A stretch of 47,996 nt of DNA, from IMG/VR virus record IMGVR_UViG_3300032373_000019, positions 1 through 47,996 of that record; one strand, given 5' to 3'. The translations under genes and the position numbers were made by a program. This DNA is from a virus (taxonomy: Duplodnaviria; Caudoviricetes). Position 1 is the first letter of the stretch. The number at the start of each line of letters is the position of its first letter. Positions 27,181-35,463 of this stretch are shown piece by piece. The notes under the pieces are model-generated. The model did not search any database and had not been told where the DNA came from. It worked only from the letters and a program-made list of their open reading frames with translations.

Positions 27181-27635
27181 CAGCGTCCCCCCGTCGCGCT
27201 CGGCCGCCGCATCTCCGGCACAAACGCGACGACGTCGCCCGCATCCGACACGACGACGACCGGCGGCCCTCCCGGCGGATACGCGACCGAGCAGCGCCGA
27301 CGCGACCCATCCGGCCGGTACAGCACGGGCGCCACCCACACGGGCAGCAGGACGACGCGCAGCCCGATGGGGGCGACGAGGTGGTGACCGACCCGCGCCC
27401 AATCCGCTCGGATGTACTCCGACGGCCGACGCACGCGACCGCTCTCGCCCTGCATCCACAGCGCCTCGGTCAGCGTCGCCCACTGCGCCGCGGTCACGTC
27501 TTCGAGCCACCCGACGCCGCCGAGATGCGCCTCACCACCCAAGGGCAGGTCAGCGCGGACGGCGAGCTCATGCGCGACGTGCCACGCGCCAGTCAGGCCC
27601 GTCCCGTCGTTCGGTGTGTGTGTCGGTGTCGTCAT
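27180..27635 (-). CDS. hypothetical protein
   Basis: Coupled ORF in the leftward arm. Confidence 0.5.
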   Translation of the reverse strand: MTTPTHTPNDGTGLTGAWHVAHELAVRADLPLGGEAHLGGVGWLEDVTAAQWATLTEALWMQGESGRVRRPSEYIRADWARVGHHLVAPIGLRVVLLPVWVAPVLYRPDGSRRRCSVAYPPGGPPVVVVSDAGDVVAFVPEMRRPSATGGR

Positions 27636-28426
27636 CGCTTCCCCCTCAACTTGTCGCGACGCCGGAGCGCCTGGAATCGGGCCGTGTCGGTGCGCTGCCG
27701 CCGCTCGATCTCGTCGATGCGCGCAAGCAGGGCGTCCCACTCGGCGCGCTTGAGCGTGATGGTCTCCTCCGGCATGGCCTCCAGCGCCTCGACGAGATCG
27801 GCGAGCGTGGGCTCGGGCGGCGGGACGGAGCCGAGGGCGGCGAGCTGCGCGCGGTCGGTGTTCGCCTCGGAGATCGGCTGCGCGAACGAGAGTAGGCTCA
27901 TCACCAACTCAGGGTCGAAGGGCCCGCAGCCACAGGTGGCACCCGTTGGCCGCACCATGCCGGCATCGTGCGCCATCTTCACCGTGACGAACTCGCTGCA
28001 GTCCATGCACTGGGCGCTACGGTGGCCATTGCGCCACTCGGGATCACCGCGCCGGTCCTCGACCAGCGCGAGGCGCTTTTCTCCCGCCCGACGCCCCCCG
28101 GAAGCGGGGAACGTGTGCACGTAGGGCTTGGGCCTATCGTCAGGTGGGAGCGCGGCGGCCAGGACGGGGCTGGCGGGCACGACGCGATCGGTGTTCGCCT
28201 GCTCGGGCTTCGGCTTCCACCCGGGGCAACCGTCGGCGGTCTTGGGGGGGTAGTCCTCATCCCCGGCGGTTGCGTAGAGCCATCGCTCGATAGCGTCCAT
28301 CTCGGGCACCATCTCATAGATAGGCCCGCACCGCATCAGGGCTCGATCGTCCCAGCCGCACGTCCAGCAGTTCCGCCGCACGGGGCCCGGCTCGACGGTC
28401 GGCGGCTTGTCGGTGTTCTCGCTCAT
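27632..28426 (-). CDS. hypothetical Cys-rich protein
   Basis: CWTC...AIERW...GCPG, CMDC; GGAGG RBS. Confidence 0.55.
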   Translation of the reverse strand: MSENTDKPPTVEPGPVRRNCWTCGWDDRALMRCGPIYEMVPEMDAIERWLYATAGDEDYPPKTADGCPGWKPKPEQANTDRVVPASPVLAAALPPDDRPKPYVHTFPASGGRRAGEKRLALVEDRRGDPEWRNGHRSAQCMDCSEFVTVKMAHDAGMVRPTGATCGCGPFDPELVMSLLSFAQPISEANTDRAQLAALGSVPPPEPTLADLVEALEAMPEETITLKRAEWDALLARIDEIERRQRTDTARFQALRRRDKLRGKR

Positions 28427-29181
28427 GGCGCCTCCACTCGGGCGACCTTGCCGCCCACGGTTGGGATGAGGATGTGGTCGCCGTTGTCGAGGGCGAAGCC
28501 GGCACGGAGCACTGCCGCGTCTGCGCTTGCTCGGTCTTGGGCATCGTCGGCGGTGCGAGGCCCGGCGGCCCCGGCGCCGCACCATCGGCGCGTGTACACA
28601 TCGCGGTCGAGCCGGCCGATGGACACAAAGCCATCGCACCCGCGAGAGTCCGCGAACTGCGCATAGGGCCCGCCTCTCCACGGGGGTACCGCTGCGCGGT
28701 CGCGGTACTGCTGTACCGGCGCCTCCCCAGCCACCACCCGCAGCACAGACGCCGCGAGGATGGGGCCCGCCTGCCACGGCGGGAGGTCGCGGGCCCACGA
28801 GAGGTCGGCGGGCTGGATGAGGTAGCCGGTGCCCTTGCAGATGCAGTGCGCGGTCCCGCGCTCGTAGTCGGGGGCCGGGTGCGACGAACTCGGGCACCGC
28901 ACCCCAGCCGCCAGCACGCGCACCACGCGGTCGATGCACTCGGGGCGGTGGAGGTCGAGGCGAACCGCTGAGGACAGGCTGGCGTAGTAGCCGTGCGTGT
29001 CAGTGTAGGCGTGGATCGCGCCCCACTTCTCGGTCGAGGCGTCAAACCACGCCCCGCTGGAACTCACGTCTTTGCGCTCGATGCGGACTTCGACGGGGCC
29101 CACCCACCCGTCGAGCAGGCCCGGGTAGGCGTCCGCGGGGAGCAGGTGGAGGGTGCTGCCGTCGGTGGTGTTCTCGCTCAT
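28423..29181 (-). CDS. hypothetical protein with CxxCxGxG motif
   Basis: HCICKGTG; coupled. Confidence 0.55.
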   Translation of the reverse strand: MSENTTDGSTLHLLPADAYPGLLDGWVGPVEVRIERKDVSSSGAWFDASTEKWGAIHAYTDTHGYYASLSSAVRLDLHRPECIDRVVRVLAAGVRCPSSSHPAPDYERGTAHCICKGTGYLIQPADLSWARDLPPWQAGPILAASVLRVVAGEAPVQQYRDRAAVPPWRGGPYAQFADSRGCDGFVSIGRLDRDVYTRRWCGAGAAGPRTADDAQDRASADAAVLRAGFALDNGDHILIPTVGGKVARVEAP

Positions 29182-29321
29182 CACATCACCCCCGCGAGAA
29201 CGAACGCGCCGATGACCGAGGCCGCGACGATGAGCCCGCCACCAACGGCGGACGGGATGAACGGCAGCGCCCAACCGGGGACGATGCTCGAGTGGGGGGA
29301 GGGGGTGCGGTCGGGGGTCAT
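29181..29321 (-). CDS. 46-aa membrane peptide
   Basis: MTPDRTPSPHSSIVPGWALPFIPSAVGGGLIVAASVIGAFVLAGVM; coupled at both ends; not in the ORF track. Confidence 0.5.
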   Translation of the reverse strand: MTPDRTPSPHSSIVPGWALPFIPSAVGGGLIVAASVIGAFVLAGVM

Positions 29322-29821
29322 GCGGGCACCTCGAGGCCGGCTACGTGGAGGACGATGCGGCGCAGGGCCTCAGCGTCGACCCAGCGTGAGCCGTCGGACA
29401 GCACCCCGACCTCCCTGTGGTTCAGGTCCTCGAAAAGGTCGTTGTCCAGGAAGAAGTGCCGGGCGGTCCAGAGGTTCAGCTCCCAGCCGAGCGGCGCCCC
29501 CGTGTCGTCCTCCCAGCCCAACCACGCCCAGTAGAGCGCGCCCACGATGGGGCCGGTCATGTCGTCTGCGATGTCGTTGACCGCAGCCACGTCGCGAGAC
29601 GCCAGCCAGTGCAGGACGTGAAAGCGCCCCGTGGGGTCGCTGAGGTCGAGGGCGAGCTCGGACAGCTTGAACCACTGCCCACCGATGCGCGCCATCGGGA
29701 CCGTGCCACCGCCCAACTCGGAGACGACGCACCGCCGCCCCCCGTTGAACGTCTGCACCACGGGGGAGCACACCCGCAGCAGCCCCGGGATCGTCCCCGG
29801 CAGAGTGAGAGGCGCGGTCAT
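29318..29821 (-). CDS. hypothetical protein, LDLSDPTGR-family paralog A
   Basis: Shares three conserved blocks with 35460-35906. Confidence 0.65.
   Translation of the reverse strand: MTAPLTLPGTIPGLLRVCSPVVQTFNGGRRCVVSELGGGTVPMARIGGQWFKLSELALDLSDPTGRFHVLHWLASRDVAAVNDIADDMTGPIVGALYWAWLGWEDDTGAPLGWELNLWTARHFFLDNDLFEDLNHREVGVLSDGSRWVDAEALRRIVLHVAGLEVPA
29625..29654. repeat. 30-bp perfect direct repeat (copy 2 at 35698-35727)
   Basis: CGCCCCGTGGGGTCGCTGAGGTCGAGGGCG identical at both places. Confidence 0.9.
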
Positions 29822-30003
29822 GCGCCCCCCTTCGCGTCGCGCTTCTCGCCGGCCCAGCGGTGGAACACGTCGGCCTGGCTCTCGCCCTCCCGCGCGTCTC
29901 CGGTGAACGTGTCCTTCGCCCACTTCTCAGCGAGCAGGCGCACCGGCTGGTCGCGCGGCGTGCCCCCCTTCAGCGGGCGGTGTGCGGGTCGTTTCTCGGT
30001 CAT
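29818..30003 (-). CDS. small hypothetical protein (possible RHH-like)
   Basis: GGAGG RBS, 61 aa. Confidence 0.45.
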   Translation of the reverse strand: MTEKRPAHRPLKGGTPRDQPVRLLAEKWAKDTFTGDAREGESQADVFHRWAGEKRDAKGGA

Positions 30004-30019
30004 TCGAACCTCCTACCAG

Positions 30020-30050
30020 CGAAGCCCCGTCCGCCGGGGCGGTACGGGGC
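30020..30050 (-). terminator. conserved GCCCCG...CGGGGCTTCG hairpin, copy 1
   Basis: Minus strand GCCCCGTACCGCCCCGGCGGACGGGGCTTCG. Confidence 0.6.
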
Positions 30051-30068
30051 GAGGGGCGCCGGGGTGGG

Positions 30069-30299
30069 TCAGGCGGCCCGGCGCATCGCCTCACCGCGGA
30101 GGGACGCCCACTGCTGGCGGATCTTGCGGGCCGCGTCGTGCGCCCCGAGGTTGACCGCGGAGGTGTTGTGGAAGAGGAGTTCGGAGGCGAACCCCTCGAT
30201 CGTCTCGGCGGAGGTGCGCGAGTTGTTGACGATGGGCGCCCACTCGCCCATCACGTTGAAGAGGAGGCCGTGGAAGTAGCTGTTGTAGTCGGTGTTCAT
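30069..30299 (-). CDS. hypothetical early protein in a promoter-leader-hairpin cassette
   Basis: CAACAACGGAG leader, own promoter, ends RRAA. Confidence 0.6.
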   Translation of the reverse strand: MNTDYNSYFHGLLFNVMGEWAPIVNNSRTSAETIEGFASELLFHNTSAVNLGAHDAARKIRQQWASLRGEAMRRAA

Positions 30300-30345
30300 G
30301 TTGGGCTCCGTTGTTGTCGGGGCGGCATTCCCTCCCCACACAGAC

Positions 30346-30374
30346 ACCTTAGTAGCCCCAGCCTCACCCGGCAA
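30346..30374 (-). promoter_or_regulatory. sigma70-like promoter
   Basis: TTGCCG-17 bp-TAAGGT. Confidence 0.55.
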
Positions 30375-30406
30375 GCGAGTAGGGCCAGAAAGTTGAAGAT
30401 TCCCGC

Positions 30407-30757
30407 CTACCGCCCCCCAACCTCCCACACAGGCACCCCAGCACCCCGCGCCCGCCGCACCATGTCCGCGGTGCAACGCCCGCCCGGAAACGCCACCACA
30501 GCGTCCGTGCCGAGCTCAAGCATGTACTGATTGCGCTTCGGCCCCGCAGCGCGCCCATGGACCGCCCAGGCCGCCGGGTGGCCCTCTGCCTCGACACCCC
30601 GGGACGCAGCCCACAGCGCGGCGAGCAGGTCGGCCCCCTGAGCGCCGCCGTGGACGAGGGTGAACGCCCCATGCTTCCGATGGACCCGGTCGAGCGTGTC
30701 GTCCACCACGCGCTGGTCGGTGAAGTCCCGGCCGCCGCAGACGATGACGCGGATCAC
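30407..30757 (-). CDS. SLOG family protein (DUF2493/YspA-like)
   Basis: RVIVCGGRDF, VHGGAQGAD, GRAAGPKRNQYM, VVAFPGG.TADMV. Confidence 0.9.
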   Translation of the reverse strand: MIRVIVCGGRDFTDQRVVDDTLDRVHRKHGAFTLVHGGAQGADLLAALWAASRGVEAEGHPAAWAVHGRAAGPKRNQYMLELGTDAVVAFPGGRCTADMVRRARGAGVPVWEVGGR

Positions 30758-30939
30758 AGCGCCGCCCCACGCACCGGCCACGCCTCGACCTCCCGCCACG
30801 CCCTCCCGGTCAACGTCACGCGCTCGCGGGACCCCAGGAGCTCCACGGTCGCCCCGGTCGGACCCCGGGCGAGGACTCGAGCCAGGACGCGGACGGTGCC
30901 GCGCAGGCGGAAGCGGACGAGGGGGGACTCACTGGTCAT
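30754..30939 (-). CDS. hypothetical protein
   Basis: 61-aa ORF overlapping both neighbours. Confidence 0.4.
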   Translation of the reverse strand: MTSESPLVRFRLRGTVRVLARVLARGPTGATVELLGSRERVTLTGRAWREVEAWPVRGAAL

Positions 30940-31315
30940 CGGCCGACCCCTTGCGCTCAGCGTCGACGGCGTCCATGCAGTCGAGCGCCGTGTCGCGCTG
31001 TGGGCCGATGCGCTTGCCGGGCCCGTAGGCGACCCACACGGACGGGCCGGGTGCCCCGGTGATGCGGTTTCGCACCTCGACCTGACGCACGCTGACCTCC
31101 CCATGCAACCAGTCGTTCCACCACTCATGGCGAACCCATCCATCGGACGCCTGCGCCTCGTCGCCACGCTCCACCGCCAGCACCCGCCGCAACCGGTCGC
31201 GCTCGATGCGGACATCCCGCAACGCCGCGCAGGTCCCGTTCAGGCCGAGGTGGTCAGTGTAGGGCACGTCGCAGGACGGGCAGGTCGGGGCGTTGTTCGT
31301 CTTGTCACTGTCCAC
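30929..31315 (-). CDS. hypothetical protein, ERDRL-family paralog 2
   Basis: CPSCDVPYTDHLGLNGTC then ERDRLRRVLAVERGDE; GGAGG RBS. Confidence 0.6.
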   Translation of the reverse strand: MDSDKTNNAPTCPSCDVPYTDHLGLNGTCAALRDVRIERDRLRRVLAVERGDEAQASDGWVRHEWWNDWLHGEVSVRQVEVRNRITGAPGPSVWVAYGPGKRIGPQRDTALDCMDAVDAERKGSADDQ

Positions 31316-32639
31316 GGGGCCTCCAGGGGGGTGCGTGCTCGGGGATGGGCTTGTCGGCGAACCAGGTGGTGTCGGGGGTCCAGAGCAGCGACACGCGCCC
31401 GGTCTTGCCGTTGCGCTGCTTGGCAATGTCGAAGTCCACCTCGCCGCTGGTGTCGGACTCGTCGTAGTAGCCGGGGCGCATCACGAACACGATGGTGTCC
31501 GCCGCCTGCTCGATGCCCCCGGACTCCCGCAGGTCTCCCATCACGGGGTGCTTGTCGGCCCGCTTGTCCACCTCCCGGTTGAGCTGGGCGAGCAGGTAGA
31601 CGACGAGGTCGAGCTCCTTGGCTGCGTCCTTGAACGCCTGCGCCATGTGCCCGACCTGCTCGGCGCGGTTGCCCTTCTGCAGCCGCGCCGGCGGGTGGCA
31701 CAGCGTCAGGTAGTCCACCGCGAGGACGCCCATGTGCGGGTTCGCCCGCTTGAGCCGCCGCGCCTTCCGTCGGATGGCTTCCACGGTCTGCCCGGGCGTG
31801 TCGTCGATCCAGTACGGCTCGCGCTGCATGTCGAACGCCGCCTGCGACACCCGGGCGTACTGATCGCGGTCCAGGGTCCCCTTGCGCACGTCCATGAACG
31901 GCACCCCGGCGCGGGGGGCGAGTCGTCGCATGAACGACTGCGCCCGGGGCATTTCCAAGTTCGCCTCGAACACCCCGATGCCGTTGCGACTGTGGTAGTC
32001 GCTCATCATCTGCACGACCGCGGACTTGCCCATCGCGGGACGTCCGGCGATCACGACGAGGTCCCCGGGCTCGGGCGACAGCATGGACCCCAGCGTCTCC
32101 CATGGCATCTGCAGGCCCGGCCGTCTGCCGGATGCGTGCAGGTCCATGCGGCGCGGAATGTCCGTCTGCACGAGGTGCTCCAGGACCTGCGCCCCTTGAA
32201 CGACACCGTCCCCGGCCCGCTCGCCCTCCTCGAGCAGCGCATCAGCGGCCCCGTCAGGGTCCATACCTCTGGCGAGTTCCTCCGCGGTGTGGATGCGCGT
32301 CAGCACCTCGCGGCAGCGGGCCGCCCGCCGGATGGTCTCGCAGTAGAACTTGACGTTCGTGGTGGAGACCGCCGCCTCGGGGAGACCGGCGACGTAGGCA
32401 GCGCCGCCCGCGGCGTCCATCTGGCCCCCGGCCTGCAGCGACATGACGACGGCGGCCATTTCCGCGGGCTCTCCCCCGTCGTGGAGGCGTAGGATCTGCT
32501 CCCACACGACCTGGTTGCACTGGCCGTAGAAGTCCGCGAGGCTGATCGCGTCCGCGATGGTGTCGATGCACTCGGGGTCGAGCATGGCCGCGCCCAGGAC
32601 GATCTTCTCGGCCTCTGCGTTGTGCGGAATGGTGGTCAC
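31305..32639 (-). CDS. dnaB: replicative DNA helicase DnaB
   Basis: PHNAEAEKIVLGA, Walker A GRPAMGKS, VDYL, LAQLNR, DLRESGGIEQAAD, KQRNG. Confidence 0.95.
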   Translation of the reverse strand: MTTIPHNAEAEKIVLGAAMLDPECIDTIADAISLADFYGQCNQVVWEQILRLHDGGEPAEMAAVVMSLQAGGQMDAAGGAAYVAGLPEAAVSTTNVKFYCETIRRAARCREVLTRIHTAEELARGMDPDGAADALLEEGERAGDGVVQGAQVLEHLVQTDIPRRMDLHASGRRPGLQMPWETLGSMLSPEPGDLVVIAGRPAMGKSAVVQMMSDYHSRNGIGVFEANLEMPRAQSFMRRLAPRAGVPFMDVRKGTLDRDQYARVSQAAFDMQREPYWIDDTPGQTVEAIRRKARRLKRANPHMGVLAVDYLTLCHPPARLQKGNRAEQVGHMAQAFKDAAKELDLVVYLLAQLNREVDKRADKHPVMGDLRESGGIEQAADTIVFVMRPGYYDESDTSGEVDFDIAKQRNGKTGRVSLLWTPDTTWFADKPIPEHAPPWRPRGQ

Positions 32640-33655
32640 GAGGCACCCCCGACGTAGGCAGCCATGAACGCCTCCCGGACCTTCCGCTCGGTGTACTGGT
32701 CGAGCATTCGGAACGCGGGGTAGCCCCCGGCCCCCTTGATCGCTGCGAGGCGGCGCGCGTGCTCGTCAGCGTCGGGGCCGAGCCGGCCAGACTTGATGCG
32801 CTCGACGAGGTCGCCGCGGCTGGTCATGGTGTGGATGTGCTGCCAGGCGGTGGCAGCTGCGGGCTGTGCCCCCGCTGTCCCCTCGGAGGCGCCCCCCGTC
32901 GCCAACTCCACGTAGTCCAGGCAGTTGCGAGCCCGGAGCAGCGTCGTCACCGGGTCGCCCGTCTTCCGAGCCCCCTCGGCGCGCATGTTCGTCGAGGTGA
33001 ACACCCAGGCCGCCGCGTGGAGGAGCGCGCCCTCGTCGTGACCAGCCTTCCGGAGTTCGGCGAGGCGGCCCCGCAGGTTCCGGCGGCGGGACTCACTGAA
33101 CGCCTGCCCCCGGCTTCCGGGCTGGTGCCGCTTGCGGATGGCCTGGATGGCTTCCCAGGTGACCGAGAGCGGGCGCGAGTCGGGTTCGGCGTCAGCCGAA
33201 GTCGACAGAGGTGTGTTCTGTGCTTGTGGTGTGGTGTGGTGTGTATCTACGCGCGTGTGCCCCTCCGGCGGCCCAGCGGTGGCCGGTTCGTGGCCCGTCG
33301 TGGGCCCGTCCTCGGCCACGATCGCGCCCTGGTGCGGCTCGGGTGGTACCTTCGGTGGCCCTTCGGTGGCCCCCACGCGGCCCGTCGTGGTTCCCTCGTC
33401 CTTCGGGAAACGGGGGTCCATCCAGCCGGCCTCGTCCCGCATGACGCGAGCCGCGACCTTCCGGCTGACGCCCCAATCGGTGGCCAGCGTGCGAGCGCCA
33501 GGGACGCGCGTGGCGTACCCGAGGCGGACCTTGGAGGCCCACCAGCGCAGGTCGTGGCGCATCAGCTCCTCGGGCCACGGAATCCCGGCCTCGGACAGCT
33601 TCGTGCGCGCGGTGTCCCACTCCCGGGACGGCATGGGGTCCCACGGGGCGGTCAT
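32636..33655 (-). CDS. replication initiator protein (O-like)
   Basis: N-terminal HTH PGARTLATDWGVSRKVAARV, repetitive linker, directly upstream of DnaB. Confidence 0.7.
   Translation of the reverse strand: MTAPWDPMPSREWDTARTKLSEAGIPWPEELMRHDLRWWASKVRLGYATRVPGARTLATDWGVSRKVAARVMRDEAGWMDPRFPKDEGTTTGRVGATEGPPKVPPEPHQGAIVAEDGPTTGHEPATAGPPEGHTRVDTHHTTPQAQNTPLSTSADAEPDSRPLSVTWEAIQAIRKRHQPGSRGQAFSESRRRNLRGRLAELRKAGHDEGALLHAAAWVFTSTNMRAEGARKTGDPVTTLLRARNCLDYVELATGGASEGTAGAQPAAATAWQHIHTMTSRGDLVERIKSGRLGPDADEHARRLAAIKGAGGYPAFRMLDQYTERKVREAFMAAYVGGAS
33210..33395. repeat. iteron-like repeats, candidate replication origin
   Basis: CTTCGGTGGCC tandem x2 at 33350-33371 plus degenerate TCGTGGCCC-type copies with about 11-bp period; adjacent less GC-rich TGTGG tract. 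Confidence 0.5.
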
Positions 33656-34002
33656 CGGACCAACTCCCACCGCAGATCCATGTCCCGGACGAGAGCATCC
33701 ACGACCGAGTCGAGGGCGTCCACGGGCTGGCGGTCGAGCTCACCGTCGTGAACCTGGAAGTCGATCGGGCGCCCCCTCTCGATGGTCAGCCGCAGCGTCG
33801 CCGGGCCGCACCGGCTCTGGTCCACCACCGCGGTCATCCCGTCGATGGTGTATCGCCCGTCGTCGGCGCGCCCCCGCCGCTCCCACTTGACGGGCCAGCC
33901 GTCCACAGTGTCGGGCCTCGTGGGGGATACCTCGCCCCCCGTCTCGTCTGCGCGGGGCGCGTGTACGTCGGCGCCACCGCCGGAGCGGTCGTTCTTGTTC
34001 AT
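33652..34002 (-). CDS. hypothetical protein, first gene of the replication operon
   Basis: ATG at 34002 after a structured leader; coupled to the initiator. Confidence 0.5.
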   Translation of the reverse strand: MNKNDRSGGGADVHAPRADETGGEVSPTRPDTVDGWPVKWERRGRADDGRYTIDGMTAVVDQSRCGPATLRLTIERGRPIDFQVHDGELDRQPVDALDSVVDALVRDMDLRWELVR

Positions 34003-34007
34003 CTGAG

Positions 34008-34093
34008 CCTCTGTGTGTTCTCCCTCCGGTGCCAGCCCCCGGGGGATCAATCCCGGGGGTGTCCCAAACGGATGGGACGCGGCACACAGAGAG
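34008..34093 (-). ncRNA. structured three-way-junction RNA, c4-antisense-like
   Basis: P1 GTGCCG/TGGCAC, P2 GTCCCA-TCCGTT-TGGGAC, P3 CCCCCGGG-ATTGATCC-CCCGGGGG, outer CTCTGTGTG/CACACAGAG. Confidence 0.5.
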
Positions 34094-34122
34094 GTATGAG
34101 GGGCCGGTCTCCCGGCATGGAA

Positions 34123-34151
34123 AGCCTACCCCGGGAGGGGATGGGGGTCAA
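34123..34151 (-). promoter_or_regulatory. sigma70-like promoter of the replication operon
   Basis: TTGACC-17 bp-TAGGCT. Confidence 0.65.
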
Positions 34152-35062
34152 GGGGTGTCGACTGGCTCCCATCCGATCCAGATCGGGGCAACCACCACGA
34201 ACCCACGCCGGGTGAGTTCTTCGGCGAGTTCGAGGTCTTCGGGCTTCGGGACGAACGGCTCATGCGAGCAGATGACCCACTCCTCCCTGCCGACACGGCC
34301 GCCCGCGAAAACGTTGCCGGCGAACCGCTCGCCCGCGATGGTGAACTCCGCCCGGAACCCCCGGGGGATGCTCTCGCCGCGCTCCATCGTCGTCAGCATC
34401 GCCCACCGTATGCCCCACCTGACCTGGCGGTCGGTCACGGGCCCCAACTTCGACAACTCGCCCATGATGGGCAGCACGAAGTCGTCAGGCACGCGGAGTT
34501 CCTGCGCGAGAGCGTCCACCCACGGGAGGCGGCGCCCCCTCACGCGCTTCTTGATCGTCGTCTGGCCCTCCAGCGGCGACACGGGGGACGTCGGGGGTGC
34601 TGGGATGGGTGTAGCCGGGGGCGCAGGCGCGGGGGGCGGCGCCGGGGCGGGCACCACTTCAAGCCGCGGGGCGGGCGCTGCCTTCGGGGTGTTCCAGCCC
34701 GGCCAGTCACGCCGGCCGTAGAGTTTGACCGCGAGCTCCTGCTGAGCCTTCCCGTACCGCAGGAAGGTGATGACCTGGCTGTGGCGCTCTCCGACCACGA
34801 ACGCGCCTGTGCGCTCTCGGTGCAACCGGTGGCGCCCGCTGGATCGGTCGTGCGTCGCGGCGCGACCCGACAGGCGCATTCCCACGTCGAGCGGGATCGG
34901 GTCGGCGTTGCGGACCTCCTCCGCAGCGTGCTGGTAGGTGCTCGTCGGGTAGGCCTCTTCGTACCGCTCCAACGCGTGGTCAGACAGCGTGAACGGATCG
35001 AAGCCCTCGACGGGCTGGGGGTTCAGGCGTGCGATTGCTCGCGGTGGGCTCTCTTGAGCCAT
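34148..35062 (-). CDS. two-domain protein with N-terminal HALERY (RelE/BECR-like) domain
   Basis: FTLSDHALERYEE...AFVV....QVITFL, then a Pro-Ala linker and a second domain; AAGGAG RBS. Confidence 0.5.
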   Translation of the reverse strand: MAQESPPRAIARLNPQPVEGFDPFTLSDHALERYEEAYPTSTYQHAAEEVRNADPIPLDVGMRLSGRAATHDRSSGRHRLHRERTGAFVVGERHSQVITFLRYGKAQQELAVKLYGRRDWPGWNTPKAAPAPRLEVVPAPAPPPAPAPPATPIPAPPTSPVSPLEGQTTIKKRVRGRRLPWVDALAQELRVPDDFVLPIMGELSKLGPVTDRQVRWGIRWAMLTTMERGESIPRGFRAEFTIAGERFAGNVFAGGRVGREEWVICSHEPFVPKPEDLELAEELTRRGFVVVAPIWIGWEPVDTP

Positions 35063-35099
35063 GCTTCTCTCCTTCGGGCGCGGCATGCGCCCCTACCCC

Positions 35100-35131
35100 C
35101 GAAGCCCCGCCCGGGTGGACCGGAGCGGGGC
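35100..35131 (-). terminator. conserved GCCCCG...CGGGGCTTCG hairpin, copy 2
   Basis: Minus strand GCCCCGCTCCGGTCCACCCGGGCGGGGCTTCG. Confidence 0.55.
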
Positions 35132-35144
35132 GGGGCGGGCACAG

Positions 35145-35192
35145 TCAAGGGCACAGGCCCGACACAAACACGACACAGACGAGAACCCACAT
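35145..35192 (-). CDS. possible 15-aa hydrophobic peptide
   Basis: MWVLVCVVFVSGLCP; starts 1 nt after the upstream stop. Confidence 0.3.
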   Translation of the reverse strand: MWVLVCVVFVSGLCP

Positions 35193-35193
35193 C

Positions 35194-35463
35194 CTACGTG
35201 GGCTCTCGCGGGGCGAACTGCCGGTTGCCGTCGGCGCCCTCTACCCCCGCCTCGCGCTCGGCCTCCATCCGCTCCCAGACCCGGTTGTACGTCGTGCGGG
35301 CGGCAGCGAGGGCGCGCTCGTGCCGCCGCCGGGACTCGCGCCGGCTCGGGACCTGGTCGGCCACAGCGTGGGCTCGAGTCGCCTCGATGCGGCTGCGCAT
35401 GTCGCGCCGGAAGTCGCGGCGCAGGTGCTCGGAGAGTTCGGGGTGGTCGGCGGGGCGGCTCAT
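35194..35463 (-). CDS. hypothetical Arg-rich protein
   Basis: ATGA coupling. Confidence 0.45.
   Translation of the reverse strand: MSRPADHPELSEHLRRDFRRDMRSRIEATRAHAVADQVPSRRESRRRHERALAAARTTYNRVWERMEAEREAGVEGADGNRQFAPREPT

Noticed and set aside
30001-30017. GGTTCGAAT on the minus strand, tRNA/attP-like
   Set aside because: Explained by the GGAGG RBS and ATG of 29818-30003; no cloverleaf.
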